A stretch of 64,000 bases of DNA from Anaeramoeba ignava BMAN (Eukaryota; Protista; Anaeramoebae): positions 434,001 through 498,000 of the forward strand of contig JAPDFW010000061.1 in NCBI GenBank assembly GCA_028826165.1. The letters are read 5' to 3'. Positions within the stretch are counted from its first letter, which is position 1, and the number at the start of each line of letters is the position of its first letter. A program made the translations under genes and the position numbers. Positions 1 through 11,029 of this stretch are shown piece after piece. The notes beneath the pieces are model-generated. The model saw only the letters and a list, made by a program, of their open reading frames with translations. It made no database searches and had not been told where the DNA came from.

Positions 1-1
1 A

Positions 2-607
2 AAATATAATAAAACATCTTTACATATTGTTTGTGAAAATGAAAATTTATCATTCCAAATTATCCAATATCTTATTGAAAAAGGAATTAATATTAATTCA
101 AAAACAAAATATAATAAAACATCTTTATATTATGTTTGCCAAAATGAAAATTTATCATTTCAAATTATCCAATATCTTATTTAAAAAGGAATTGATATTA
201 ATTCAAAAACAAAATATAATAAAATAGCTTTACATTATGCTTGTGAAAATACAAATTTATCATTTCAAATTATTAAATGTCTTATTGAAAAAGGAATTGA
301 TATTAATTCAAAAACAAAATATAATAAAACTGATTTACATATTGTTTGTGAAAATAAAAATCCATCATTCCAAATTATTAAATATCTTATTGAAAAAGGA
401 ATTAATATTAATTCAAAAACAAAATATAATGAAATAGCTTTACATTATGTTTGCCAAAATACAAATTTATCATTTGAAATTATTAAATGTCTTATTGAAA
501 AAGAAACAAAAGAAATTACAAATCAAATGATTGAAGAATTTAAAGATTTAAAAGATTATTATCAATTAAATCAAAATTCAATAATTGATTTAATTTCAAA
601 TGATTAA
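2..607 (+). pseudogene. Ankyrin-repeat gene 3' end (105-bp repeats) fused directly to a BTB-family C-terminal tail; in-frame stop; 5' truncated by the window
   Basis: Frame 2 reads KYNKTSLHIVCENENLSFQIIQYLIEKGININSKT, repeated every 105 nt (2, 107, 212, 317, 422). TAA at 182-184 replaces GAA of the other units. Ends KEITNQMIEEFKDLKDYYQLNQNSIIDLISND* (stop 605-607), matching the DFYQLNYNS tail of the neighbouring BTB gene. Confidence 0.65.
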
Positions 608-675
608 AAAAGAAATTGGAATGAAATTTATTGAATTTTTTTTAAAGAAAAAAGAAAAAATTTTCAATAAATTCA

Positions 676-3600
676 TTAAATCATTTTCATATCTCTTTTT
701 CTTTGACCAACACGAAAAGGAAGAGAAGAATTATAATTTAACTGATAAAAATCAACAAAATTTTCCAATTCAATTAATGTTTGTTGTGAAACATTTCGAG
801 GGAGTTTATCTGTGTATAAATAATAAATGAAATCTTTCATTGTTTCAGGAGAAATTCCGCTAAAATCTTTGACAGTATTTTCATTTGAAATGCAAAGAAA
901 CATTGAACGATATAAATCGCATCGAAGTAATAATATCAATTTATGAACTTTGATTGATTCATCTTGAACAAGCAAAAAAAAGTCTTTTGATTGTTCATCT
1001 TTGTATAACTGATAAAATGATTCAATCACTTTTTCTGGTTGTGACATTTTTGCGAAATTTAGTTTTAATTCTTGAGCCACTATTTTCGCAAGTTCAGTGT
1101 CTTTTTGTGTTTTATTTTTGCCAGTGTAAATCCAATAAAGAAAAATATTTGCAACTTCGAAATTTTTCTTATATAATAATTCAAGACAATCATTATATTT
1201 TTCTTCCAATCTTGTTTTTAAAATTAATGAATGAACATGAATATCTGCATCTATTGTTCTGATAATTAAGTCTGTTTCCTCTTTTCTTTTGTATAAAACA
1301 CGTAAATCGTCTATAAAACTGATATCAAAATTAAGCAAATCTTTTACATCCTTGTCTTTTGTTAATTCTTCAGGGAAGCGTCTCTAAAATTATTATTTTC
1401 AAAAATCAATATTAAAAATATTCTTTTCAAAAATCAATATATTTTACACTCTAAATAATCAATTTTATTGAATTTTCTTTTTATAAGCAAATCATAAATT
1501 CATTATAAATTCATTTACATATTTAATTTTTGGATTCGCTCCTTCTGATAATAATAAATTAATTTTATATAAATCATCACAATTAGACAACAATATTAAA
1601 TGCAATGGAGTTTTTCCCTGTTTATTTTTATAAATTAAAAAGAAAATTCTTTTCAAGAATAATTCAAAATCAAATTTACAGATGACTAGAAAAAAATATT
1701 TTAAAATTTTTAATTTTAATTTTAATTTTTAATTTTTATTTATTCTTACATCTTTTTGGTTAATATATTTAGCAGTTCCTCTATTCAAAAGTAGTCTTAA
1801 AATCTCAAATGAAGAATTATTTTCACATGCTAAATGCAATAGAGTTGATTGCTAAATTCAATAAAACAAAAATATAAATATAAATATAAATATAAATATT
1901 TTAAAATTGATTTTCAAATATTATTTACTTGTTGAGTTTCAATATTTGCTCCTGAATTTATTAAAAGTTTAACACTATCATACTCAGCTTTATTCATAAT
2001 TGCAGAATATAAAGGAGTATATCCCTATTTATTTGTTTGTTTATCATTTTTTTTTAACAAACAATTCAATTTACTTTATAATTTGTTTTTTCTTCAATTT
2101 ACTTTCTATAAAAATTCAAAAAGAAAATTGATTTCTATTAGGAATCAATTTATAAATAAAACAAAACAAAATTGTTTTTCAAACATTCTAAAAAAGAAGT
2201 AAGAATAAATAATCATTTTTAAAATTCCTTTTTGTTTTTATTTTGAGAAAAATAAATCAAAAATACATTTGGTTTATTAACATCAGCTCCATTTTTGATC
2301 AATGTTTCAAAAACTTCAAATGGGGAATGTAATAAAGCTGCAATATGCAAAGCAGTTAATCCCTTTTATATAATATATATTTTAATTTTAATTTATATTT
2401 TTATTTTTATTTTTATTTTCTTCAAAAGAAAATTTTTTTACAGCCTAAAAAATCGAAAACTAAATTAATTTTTTTTTTCGAAATTATAAATAATCAATTT
2501 ACATTCTATTCAAAATTATCATTTCCATTAATAAAATTTCCAATTATTTTCATTATTGTTTTTATTTTTCTACAGTTTGAGCTTCCATATTAGGTTTATA
2601 ATTTAACATTAATTTAAATTGATGAAGATTTCTTAAAGAAAGAAGAAAAGGAGTATATCCCTAATTTTTTTTGAAATTAATATTAAAATTAATTAATTTT
2701 TTTATATTTATTTTTACATCCTTCAAAAAATAAAAAAAATAAATTAATATTAATTATGAATTTTGATTTAAATCCAAAAAAAATTGTTTACAGACTAAAA
2801 TTAAGAATAAATTTAATGAATTGACAATAAGAACAAATAACAAAAATGATTTATATGTTTATAATTTATAAAATACTGATTTATCATTCACAGAAAATCC
2901 ATTTTCGAGAAGAAATGCAAGATTTTCTTTTTTTAATTGACCAGCACAAGCTAAATGAAGAAGATTTTCACCCTTTAATAAAATATATTAAAATTTAAAT
3001 ATTTAAATATTTAAAATATTCAAAATTTTCAAATTTCCAAATTTACACGAAGTTTATAATGTAATTTTTGAGTACTTGCTCCATGTTTTATTAATAATTC
3101 AATATATTTATAATCATAATTATTCTGAAGTGCATTATAAAGAGCTGTTAATTTCTAAATGATTAAGAATATTTAATTACATTATTAAATTTATTTATTT
3201 TTTTATTTTTTGAAATTGATAAAAAAAATATAATATTAACAGTTGGAGTTAAATTAGGATTAGCTTTTGATTCTAATAAAAATTTAACACTTTCATAATT
3301 AGGTTCTGTTCTATTTGAAAAATAAATATAAAGAGGAGTTTCTTTCTAATTTTAAAAAAAAAAATAATTTAAATCAAATCAAATCAAAACTCAAAAATTG
3401 TTTTACATACTTTTCAAAAATTAAAAAAATAAATAAATTTTTTTAATTCAATTATTTTATAAATTACATTCTAGAAAAAATTATTTAAAATATTTAATTC
3501 AAAATATATATTCATTTTGTTTTTAAAATACATTTAATGCATTAATTGGAATATGAATTTCTTCAATTAAAATTTTTAAGAAATTAATTGGTGCTTGACT

Positions 3601-3867
3601 TCTTGCAGCAATATGAAGTAGATTATCTTTAGTCTATTTGAAATTAATCATAAATTAAAAGAATGAAAAAAAAGGAGAATGAAAATTATTTTTTTTTAAA
3701 AGATTTTACATACTAAAAAAATTTAAATTTAAAAATAAATTTAATTCGAAATTTAATTAATTTTTTTTTTTTACATAATCTTTCCAATCCAAAAAAGGTT
3801 TTGTTTTAATAACTTGAACAAATTCATCAAATTTATTAAATTCTATTAATTCTTTAATTCCTGTCAT
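676..3867 (-). CDS. Ankyrin-repeat + tandem BTB/POZ protein (~575 aa, 22 exons); putative Cullin-3 substrate adaptor
   Basis: Exons (minus strand): 3867-3775, 3712-3710, 3633-3532, 3470-3468, 3409-3407, 3345-3241, 3154-3047, 2972-2877, 2794-2792, 2720-2718, 2660-2574, 2505-2503, 2444-2442, 2362-2267, 2187-2185, 2105-2103, 2024-1929, 1851-1750, 1685-1680, 1617-1519, 1450-1448, 1383-676. All introns are GT..AG, phase 0, 57-86 nt. Ankyrin motifs: GLTALHIAALLH..LIKNGADVN, GYTPLYSA, GKTPLHL, GENLLHLAC. The last exon carries two BTB-like segments (IHVHSLILKTR..LYWIYTG; IKVHKLILLLRCDLYRSMF..FIYYLYTD). Confidence 0.88.
1448..3712 (-). other. Cluster of 11 candidate microexons (ten 3-nt, one 6-nt) in the ankyrin-BTB gene
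   Basis: Minus-strand contexts: tttag|TAT|gtaaa 3712-3710; tctag|AAT|gtaat 3470-3468; aaaag|TAT|gtaaa 3409-3407; tttag|TCT|gtaaa 2794-2792; tgaag|GAT|gtaaa 2720-2718; aatag|AAT|gtaaa 2505-2503; tttag|GCT|gtaaa 2444-2442; tttag|AAT|gtttg 2187-2185; tatag|AAA|gtaaa 2105-2103; tctag|TCATCT|gtaaa 1685-1680; tttag|AGT|gtaaa 1450-1448. Confidence 0.8.
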
Positions 3868-4027
3868 TTTATTTATTTTAATTTAGAAAAAGAAAAAAAA
3901 TGAAAAAAATTTTTTTTGAAATTTAAGTGACGTAAATAAAAGGAGAAAAATTTAAAAAGAAAGAAAAAAAAGAAGAAAAATTATTTTTTCATTTTTTTTC
4001 TTTTTCTTAAATTTTCTTTTTGCTTTT
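3868..4027. promoter_or_regulatory. 160-bp divergent (bidirectional) promoter region
   Basis: Head-to-head ATGs at 3867(-) and 4028(+). TCATTTT motifs point each way, with TGACGTAA at 3928-3935. Confidence 0.45.
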
Positions 4028-7000
4028 ATGAAAATTATTTTATTATTATTTCAAATCTTAATTATATTTTTAATTCAACTTTCCCTTTCATCAAAACATG
4101 AAAATTTAAATACAAATCAAAATACAAATCAAAATCAAAATACAAATCAAAATCAAAATACAAATTTAAATATAAATAAAAATACAAATTTAAATCAAAA
4201 TACAAATTTAAATCAAAATCTAAATCAAAATACAAATTTAAATCAAAATACAAATTTAAATACAAATCAAAATACAAATTTAAATCAATATACAAATTTA
4301 AATACAAATCAAAATCAAAATACAAATTTAAATCAAAATACAAATTTAAATCAAAATCAAAATACAAATTTAAATCAAAATCAAAATACAAATTTAAATC
4401 AAAATACAAATTTAAATCAAAATCAAAATCAAAATCAAAATCAAAATCAAAATCAAAATCAAAATAAAAATCAAAATAAAAATACAAATTTAAATCAAAA
4501 TCAAAATCAAAATAAAAATCAAAATCAAATTCAAAATACAAATCTAAATCAAAATTTAAATACAAATCAAAATCAAAATACAAATTTAAATCAAAATACA
4601 AATTTAAATCAAAATCAAAATCAAAATACAAATTTAAATCAAAATCAAAATCAAAATACAAATTTAAATCAAAATACAAATTTAAATCAAAATCTAAATC
4701 AAAATACAAATTTAAATCAAAATACAAATTTAAATCAAAATACAAATCTAAATCAAAATACAAATTTAAATCAAAATACAAATTTAAATCTAAATCAAAA
4801 TACAAATCAAAATACAAATCAAAATACAAATTTAAATCAAAATACAAATTTAAATACAAATCTAAATACAAATTTAAATCAAAATCAAAATACAAATCTA
4901 AATACAAATCAAAATACAAATCAAATTAAAATCAAAATAAAAATACAAATTTAAATACAAATTTAAATCAAAATACAAATTTAAATCAAAATACAAATTT
5001 AAATCTAAATCAAAATACAAATCTAAATCAAAATAAAAATTTAAATACAAATCAAAATAAAAATACAAATTTAAATACAAATTTAAATCAAAATACAAAT
5101 CAAAATCAAAATCAAAATCAAAATCAAAATCAAAATACAAATCAAAATCAAAATACAAATCTTAAATACAAATCTAAATACAAATCAAAATAAAAATTTA
5201 AATTTAAATACAAAAAACAAAATTTAATTTTAAAAAAAATCAAAATACAAATTTAAATCTAAATACAAATCAAAATCAAAATCAAAATCAAAATCAAAAT
5301 CAAAATCAAAATCAAAATCTAAATCAAAATACAAATAAAAATACAAATCTAAATCAAAATACAAATTTAAATAAAAATCAAAATCAAAATCAAAATACAA
5401 ATTTAAATACAAATCTAAATACAAATTTAAATACAAATCAAAATACAAATTTAAATCAAAATCTAAATCAAAATACAAATTTAAATACAAATTTAAATAC
5501 AAATCAAAATACAAATCAAAATAAAAATACAAATTTAAATCAAAATCAAAATACAAATTTAAATATAAATTTAAATCAAAATACAAATTTAAATCTAAAT
5601 AAAAATACAAATTTAAATCAAAATCAAAATACAAATCAAAATCAAAATACAAATCAAAATACAAATTTAAATACAAATTTAAATCTAAATCAAAATACAA
5701 ATTTAAATACAAATTTAAATCAAAATACAAATTTAAATCAAAATACAAATTTAAATCAAAATCAAAATCAAAATCAAAATAAAAATCAAAATAAAAATCA
5801 AAATCAAAATCAAAACCAAAATCAAAATCAAAATCAAAATACAAATTTAAATACAAATTTAAATACAAATCTAAATCAAAATACAAATCAAAATACAAAT
5901 TTAAATCAAAATCAAAATCAAAATAAAAATCAAAATAAAAATCAAAATAAAAATCAAAATAAAAATCTAATTAAAAATCAAAATAAAAATCAAAATAAAA
6001 ATCAAATTAAAAATCAAAATAAAAATCAAAATTTAAAAATCAAAATAAAAATCAAAATAAAAATCAAATTCAAAATTTAAATAAAAATAAAAATAAAAAT
6101 AAAAATAAAAATCAAATTCAAAATGAATCGAATGAATGGAACCAAGGACAAATTCTAATAGCAAGCGATGGAGAACCTGAAAATAACTTTGGTTGGAGTG
6201 TTTCAATTTCAGGAAATTATTGCGTAATTGGATCACCAAGTGCACAAGTTGAAGATAACCCATACGAAGGAAAAGTTTATATATTCCAAAAAAATGGAAT
6301 AATTTGGAATCAATCCCAAATTATAATTGCAAATGATAATATTAACATTTCTTATTTTGGAGCAAGTGTTTCAATCCAAGAAAATATTTTTGTTGCTGGA
6401 GCACCAAGTACTGATATTTTAACAAATGAAAATCAAGGAAAAGCATATATTTTTAGAAACAACGGAAGTTTTTGGAATCAAGAATCTATTTTAATTGCAA
6501 GTGATGGAAATAAAAATAATTATTTTGGAACAAGTGTTGGTATTGATGAAAATTTTTGTATTGTTGGAACACGTTATGCCGAAGTCGGAAATAATTCAAA
6601 TCAAGGAAAAGCTTATATTTTTGAAAATTTCGGATCTAATTGGATCCAAAAACAAATTTTAATAGCAAGTGATGGAAAACAAGACGATCTTTTTGGATGG
6701 AGTGTTTCCATCTCGCAAAACTTCTGTTTAATCGGCGCCTTTCAAGCAAATATTGGCAATAATTCCAAACAAGGCAAAACATATATTTTTGAAAACAACG
6801 GAACTTTTTGGATTGAAAAACAAATTTTAATTGCAAGTGATGGAAAAGCCAACGACCAATTTGGATCAAGTGTTTCCATCTCAATTTCAAATTCAGACAA
6901 ATTCCTTGTTGTTGGAGCATCAAATGCAGATGTTGGGGATAATACCACGCAAGGCAAAGCATATGTTTTTGAAAACAACGGAACTTTTTGGATTGAAAAA

Positions 7001-8647
7001 CAAATTTTAATTGCAAGTGATGGAAAAAGCACTGATGAATTTTCATCAAGCATTTCCATTGATGAATACGCCATTGTTTCTGGCGCTTCAACAGCGAATG
7101 TTGGAGAAAACCAGAACGAAGGCAAGGCCTATATTTTCAGAAACAACGGAACATTCTGGAATCAAGAGGCAATTTTGATAGCAAGTGATGGACAAGCTTA
7201 CGACCATTTTGGCAAAAGTGTTTCAATTTCAGGCAATATTTCTTTGATCGGCGCATATTATTCCAAAGTGGGCCAAAATATCAAGCAGGGAAAGTCCTAC
7301 ATTTTTGATGGCCCGCCTCTTCCTCCCCAAGTCAATCTTCTGAACTGCACCCCGTTGTTTTCTTCGTTTGAATGCTATTGGGATGAAATTCACTCCCTTT
7401 TCGAGGATATTGAATACAAAATCAATTACAACGTTCCCCAGCCAAATTGGCACATCATCTACATTCCTATTCTCTATGAAAATGTGTTCTATGAAATTTT
7501 CAACTATTCGGTTTATCCAAATATAACAGGAAATGTTGAGTATTCAATCGAAATCAAAGGCTGCAACATATCGACAGCTGCTTGCGGAAATGCCTCAAAC
7601 CAGATAAATTTGACAACAAGAATCGATTGCGTCAAGAATCTGACTTTCGAAACTACAACAGACTCAATCACATTATACTGGGATTACCCAAATGTCCCAA
7701 TTATCAACTCAACCCCCAAATTGGACCACTACTTTCTTTCCTACCAAAATACCACCCAAACAACAAACATCTCCATTTCAAATTCATCAACCTCATTCCA
7801 AATCACAAATCTCGAAATATTCGCAAACTACTCCGTTTCCATTTCTCCATGCAGAACCCAGCAATGCTCTGGCGAGGACGAAGGCCAAATCCTTTCATCC
7901 TCCATCATGACAATTTTCGGAAATGTTTTGGACCTGTCATGTTCACTCTCAAATTTGTCTGTCGTTTCCTGTCTTTGGAACCCTCCCAACGATTCCATCA
8001 ATCCAAGCTATTATAGCCTCACTTTCCAATCAACTTCCGCAAACGACACTGCAAATTACTCAACAGATTCAACCTCTCATACTTTCACAGCCAAATATTT
8101 GGATCACGAATACAAAATCAATGTTTCCGCGTGCAATCCAAATCGCCAATGCGGATCAATTTCCACATTTCTCATCAAAACAGGCGTATTTGGCAATGTT
8201 TTGAACCTGTCATGTTCGCTGTCAGATTTTTACTTCATTTCATGTACTTGGGAAAAACCGAATGATCCCATAAATCCGCTTTTTTATAACTTCACTTATC
8301 AATCTCAAAATGATTTCGGAATAAGACCCGTTGATACGACACAATACTCATTCAAATCACGTTTTTCCAATGAAGAGTACCAAATATTTGTTTTCGCTTG
8401 CGATGAATACTTCGATTGTGGCAACTGTTCCATATTTACAATCGAAACAGGCAAAGAATCAAATTCCGCAAATTCTTCAACTTCTAAAAAAATTACAATT
8501 ATTTGTTCAATAGTTATTCCTCTTTTGATTATTTTTGGTGTTTTTTCTGTATTTTTATACAAGAAAATCAAAAAAATGAAACGAATTGAAAGAATTGAAA
8601 AAGAGCAAACAGAAGTTAATAAATCTTTAATGTTTGATGATGTTTAG
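4028..8647 (+). CDS. FG-GAP receptor 1: signal peptide, ~2-kb Asn/Gln/Thr/Leu low-complexity insert (frameshifted), 7 FG-GAP blades, 4 FN3-like domains, TM, short tail
   Basis: MKIILLLFQILIIFLIQLSLSS signal. The frame is open from 6122 (NESNEWNQGQILIASDGEPENNFGWSVSISG) through ORF 7175-8647, with 7 FG..GA(P)..GKAYIF blades and TM IIICSIVIPLLIIFGVFSVFLY followed by KKIKK. Confidence 0.8.
4100..6120 (+). repeat. Hexamer mosaic repeat (AATCAA/AATACA/AATTTA/AATAAA), essentially G-free
   Basis: Direct inspection; translates as NQNTNL-type runs. Confidence 0.95.
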
Positions 8648-8714
8648 AACCAAGAAAATAAGAAAACAAAACAAAATAAAACAAAATAAAACAAAAAAAA
8701 AAAAAAAAGAAAAA

Positions 8715-9215
8715 GAAAAAGTGGAATAAAATTTTTTGGAATTAAAATTTATTATTTAAATTCAAATCAAAAAAAAATGTTGAAAAAAGTGGAATAAAAT
8801 GTTTTTGGAATTAAAATTTATTATTTAAATTCAAAAATTTTCAAATAAAAAAAAAAAATAATTGAAAAATTGAACAAAAAATATTTTGAACCAAAATTAA
8901 AAATTTGTTATTTAAATAAAAAAAATTGAAATAAAAAAAATTAATTAAAATTTTTTAAAAATATTATTTAAATTCAAATTAAAAAAAAATCAAAAGAAAA
9001 TAAAATGAAAAAAATTATTTTTTTGGAATAAAAAATTTTTGAATTTTCCTTTTCAAAAACAAAATAAAAAGAAAAAGAAAAAAAAAAATGAATAAAACTG
9101 TTTTTGGAATTAAAATTTATTATTTAAAAATTCAAAAAAAATTTCAAAATCAAAAAAGAAAAAGAAAAAGTGGAATCTTTTATTTTTGGAATTAAATTTG
9201 TTATTTAAATCTCCT
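8715..9215. repeat. Imperfect intergenic repeats (AAAAGTGGAATAAAATTTTTTGGAATTAAAATTTATTATTTAAATTCAAA-like)
   Basis: Related copies near 8718, 8786, 9088 and 9167, with weaker copies between. Confidence 0.6.
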
Positions 9216-9295
9216 TTTGAAAAAAAATAAAAAAAAATTTTTTTTTTATTTTTCAAAAATAAAAATTTTTTTTAAAATTGAAATTTATTTTAAAA

Positions 9296-10670
9296 ATGAA
9301 ATTAAAAAATAAAAATAAAACTTTTCTTATTCAATTTATTTTCATTTTATTAATTAATTTCTTTTTAACAATTCAAAATGAAATTCAATTCCAATATCAA
9401 ACAAGTTTATTTGCAAATGATGGAGAAAGAATATGATGAATTTGGATACAGTGTTTCAATTTCAAATGATGGAATATTCTTTTAATTGGAGCTCCTTATG
9501 CAACTGTTGGAAATAATATCAAACAAGGAAAAGCTTATATTTTCCAAAAAAATGGAAAAATGAATGGAATCAAACTCAAATTTTAATTGCAAATGATGGA
9601 GAAGCAAATGATTATTTTGGAAACAGTGTTTCAATTTCAAATGATGGGAATATTCTTTTAATTGGAGCTCCTGAAGCAACTGTTGGAAACAATAGTGGAC
9701 AAGGAAAAGCTTATATTTTCCAAAAAAATGGAAACAATTTGGAATCAATCTCAAATTTTAATTGCAAATGATGGAGAAGAACATGATTATTTTGGAATCA
9801 AGTGTTTCAATTTCAAATGATGGAAATATTCTTTTAATTGGAGCTCCTCATGCAACTGTTGGAAATAATACTTATGAACAAGGAAAAGCTTATATTTTCC
9901 AAAAATGAAATGAAACAATTTGGAATCAATCTCAAATTTTAATTGCAAATGATGGAAAAGAAAATGATCAATTTGGAACAAGTGTTTCAATTTCAAATGA
10001 TGGGAATATTGTTTTAATTGGAGCTCCTCATGCAACTGTTGGAAATAATGGTAGGCAAGGAAAAGCTTATATTTTCCAAAAAAATGAAACAATTTGGAAT
10101 CAAATCTCAAATTTTAATTGCAAGTGATGGAGAAGAAAATGATAATTTGGAACAAGTGTTTCAATTTCAAATGATGGGAATATTATTTTAATTGGAGCTC
10201 CTTATGCAACTGTTGGAAATAATGAATCACAAGGAAAAGCTTATATTTTCCAAAAAAATGGAACAATTTGGAATCAATCTCAAATTTTAATTGCAAATGA
10301 TGGAGAAATTTCAAATGATGGGAATATTCTTTTGATTGGAGCTCCTCATGCAACTGTTGAAAATAATTCGCAACAAGGAAAAGCTTATATTTACCAAAAA
10401 AATGGAAATGAATGGAATCAATCTCAAATTTTAATTGCAAATGATGGAGAAGAAAATGATGATTTTGGATACAGTGTTTCCCTTTCAGGAAATTATGCAA
10501 TAATTGGTGCTCCTGGAATTATTTTTCTTCATCTTTTCAAATTCTAAAACAACAATAATTATTATTTCAATTATTATTCCAATTATTGTTATTTTATTAT
10601 TGGATTATTTTTAACTATTAAGAAAAAGAAAGAAAAAAAAAAAAAAACAAAATTCAAAAATTATTAAAAG
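9296..10670 (+). CDS. FG-GAP receptor 2 (propeller + TM), multiply frameshifted
   Basis: ATG 9296 MKLKNKNKTFLIQFIFILLINFFL. About 7 near-identical FG-GAP units, then TM-like KTTIIIISIIIPIIVVFIIGLFLT + KKKK near 10545-10640. End approximate. Confidence 0.65.
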
Positions 10671-11029
10671 AAAAAAATAAAAATCAAAAAAAAAAGAAAA
10701 ATTTTTCATTTTTTAAAATTTTAAAATTTCAAAATCAAAATTCAAATTAAAAAAAAGAATTTTTAAATAAAAAATTTCAAAATTTCAAATTAAAATTTAA
10801 AAATTTAATTCAAAAATTCAAAATCAAAAAGAAAAAAAAAAAAAATAAAAAAATTTTTGAATCAAAAAAAATTAAATTTAAATTTTAAAATTAAAAAAAA
10901 TAAAATAAAAAAAAAAAAAAAAAAATAAAATTAATTTTCAAAATTAAAAATTGAAATTAATTTTTTAAAAATAATTTTTTTTTCATTTTTCAAAAAAAAA
11001 ATTTTTCAAAATTTCAAAATTAAAAAAAA

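Noticed and set aside
182-184. TAA reassignment (alternative genetic code)
   Set aside because: TAA terminates SF3B5 and intact receptor genes, and Gln is encoded normally by CAA; one TAA for GAA is a mutation or error.
2066-2085. Second AAA|gtaaat look-alike inside intron 2102-2025
   Set aside because: No upstream AG acceptor (TAT instead).
3171-3190. Possible extra microexon AAT|gtaatt inside intron 3240-3155
   Set aside because: Preceded by AAT rather than AG, and the remaining intron would be only ~26 nt.
4062-6263. Minus-strand YFDLNL-type ORFs
   Set aside because: Antisense translations of the hexamer repeat, with no independent coding signal.
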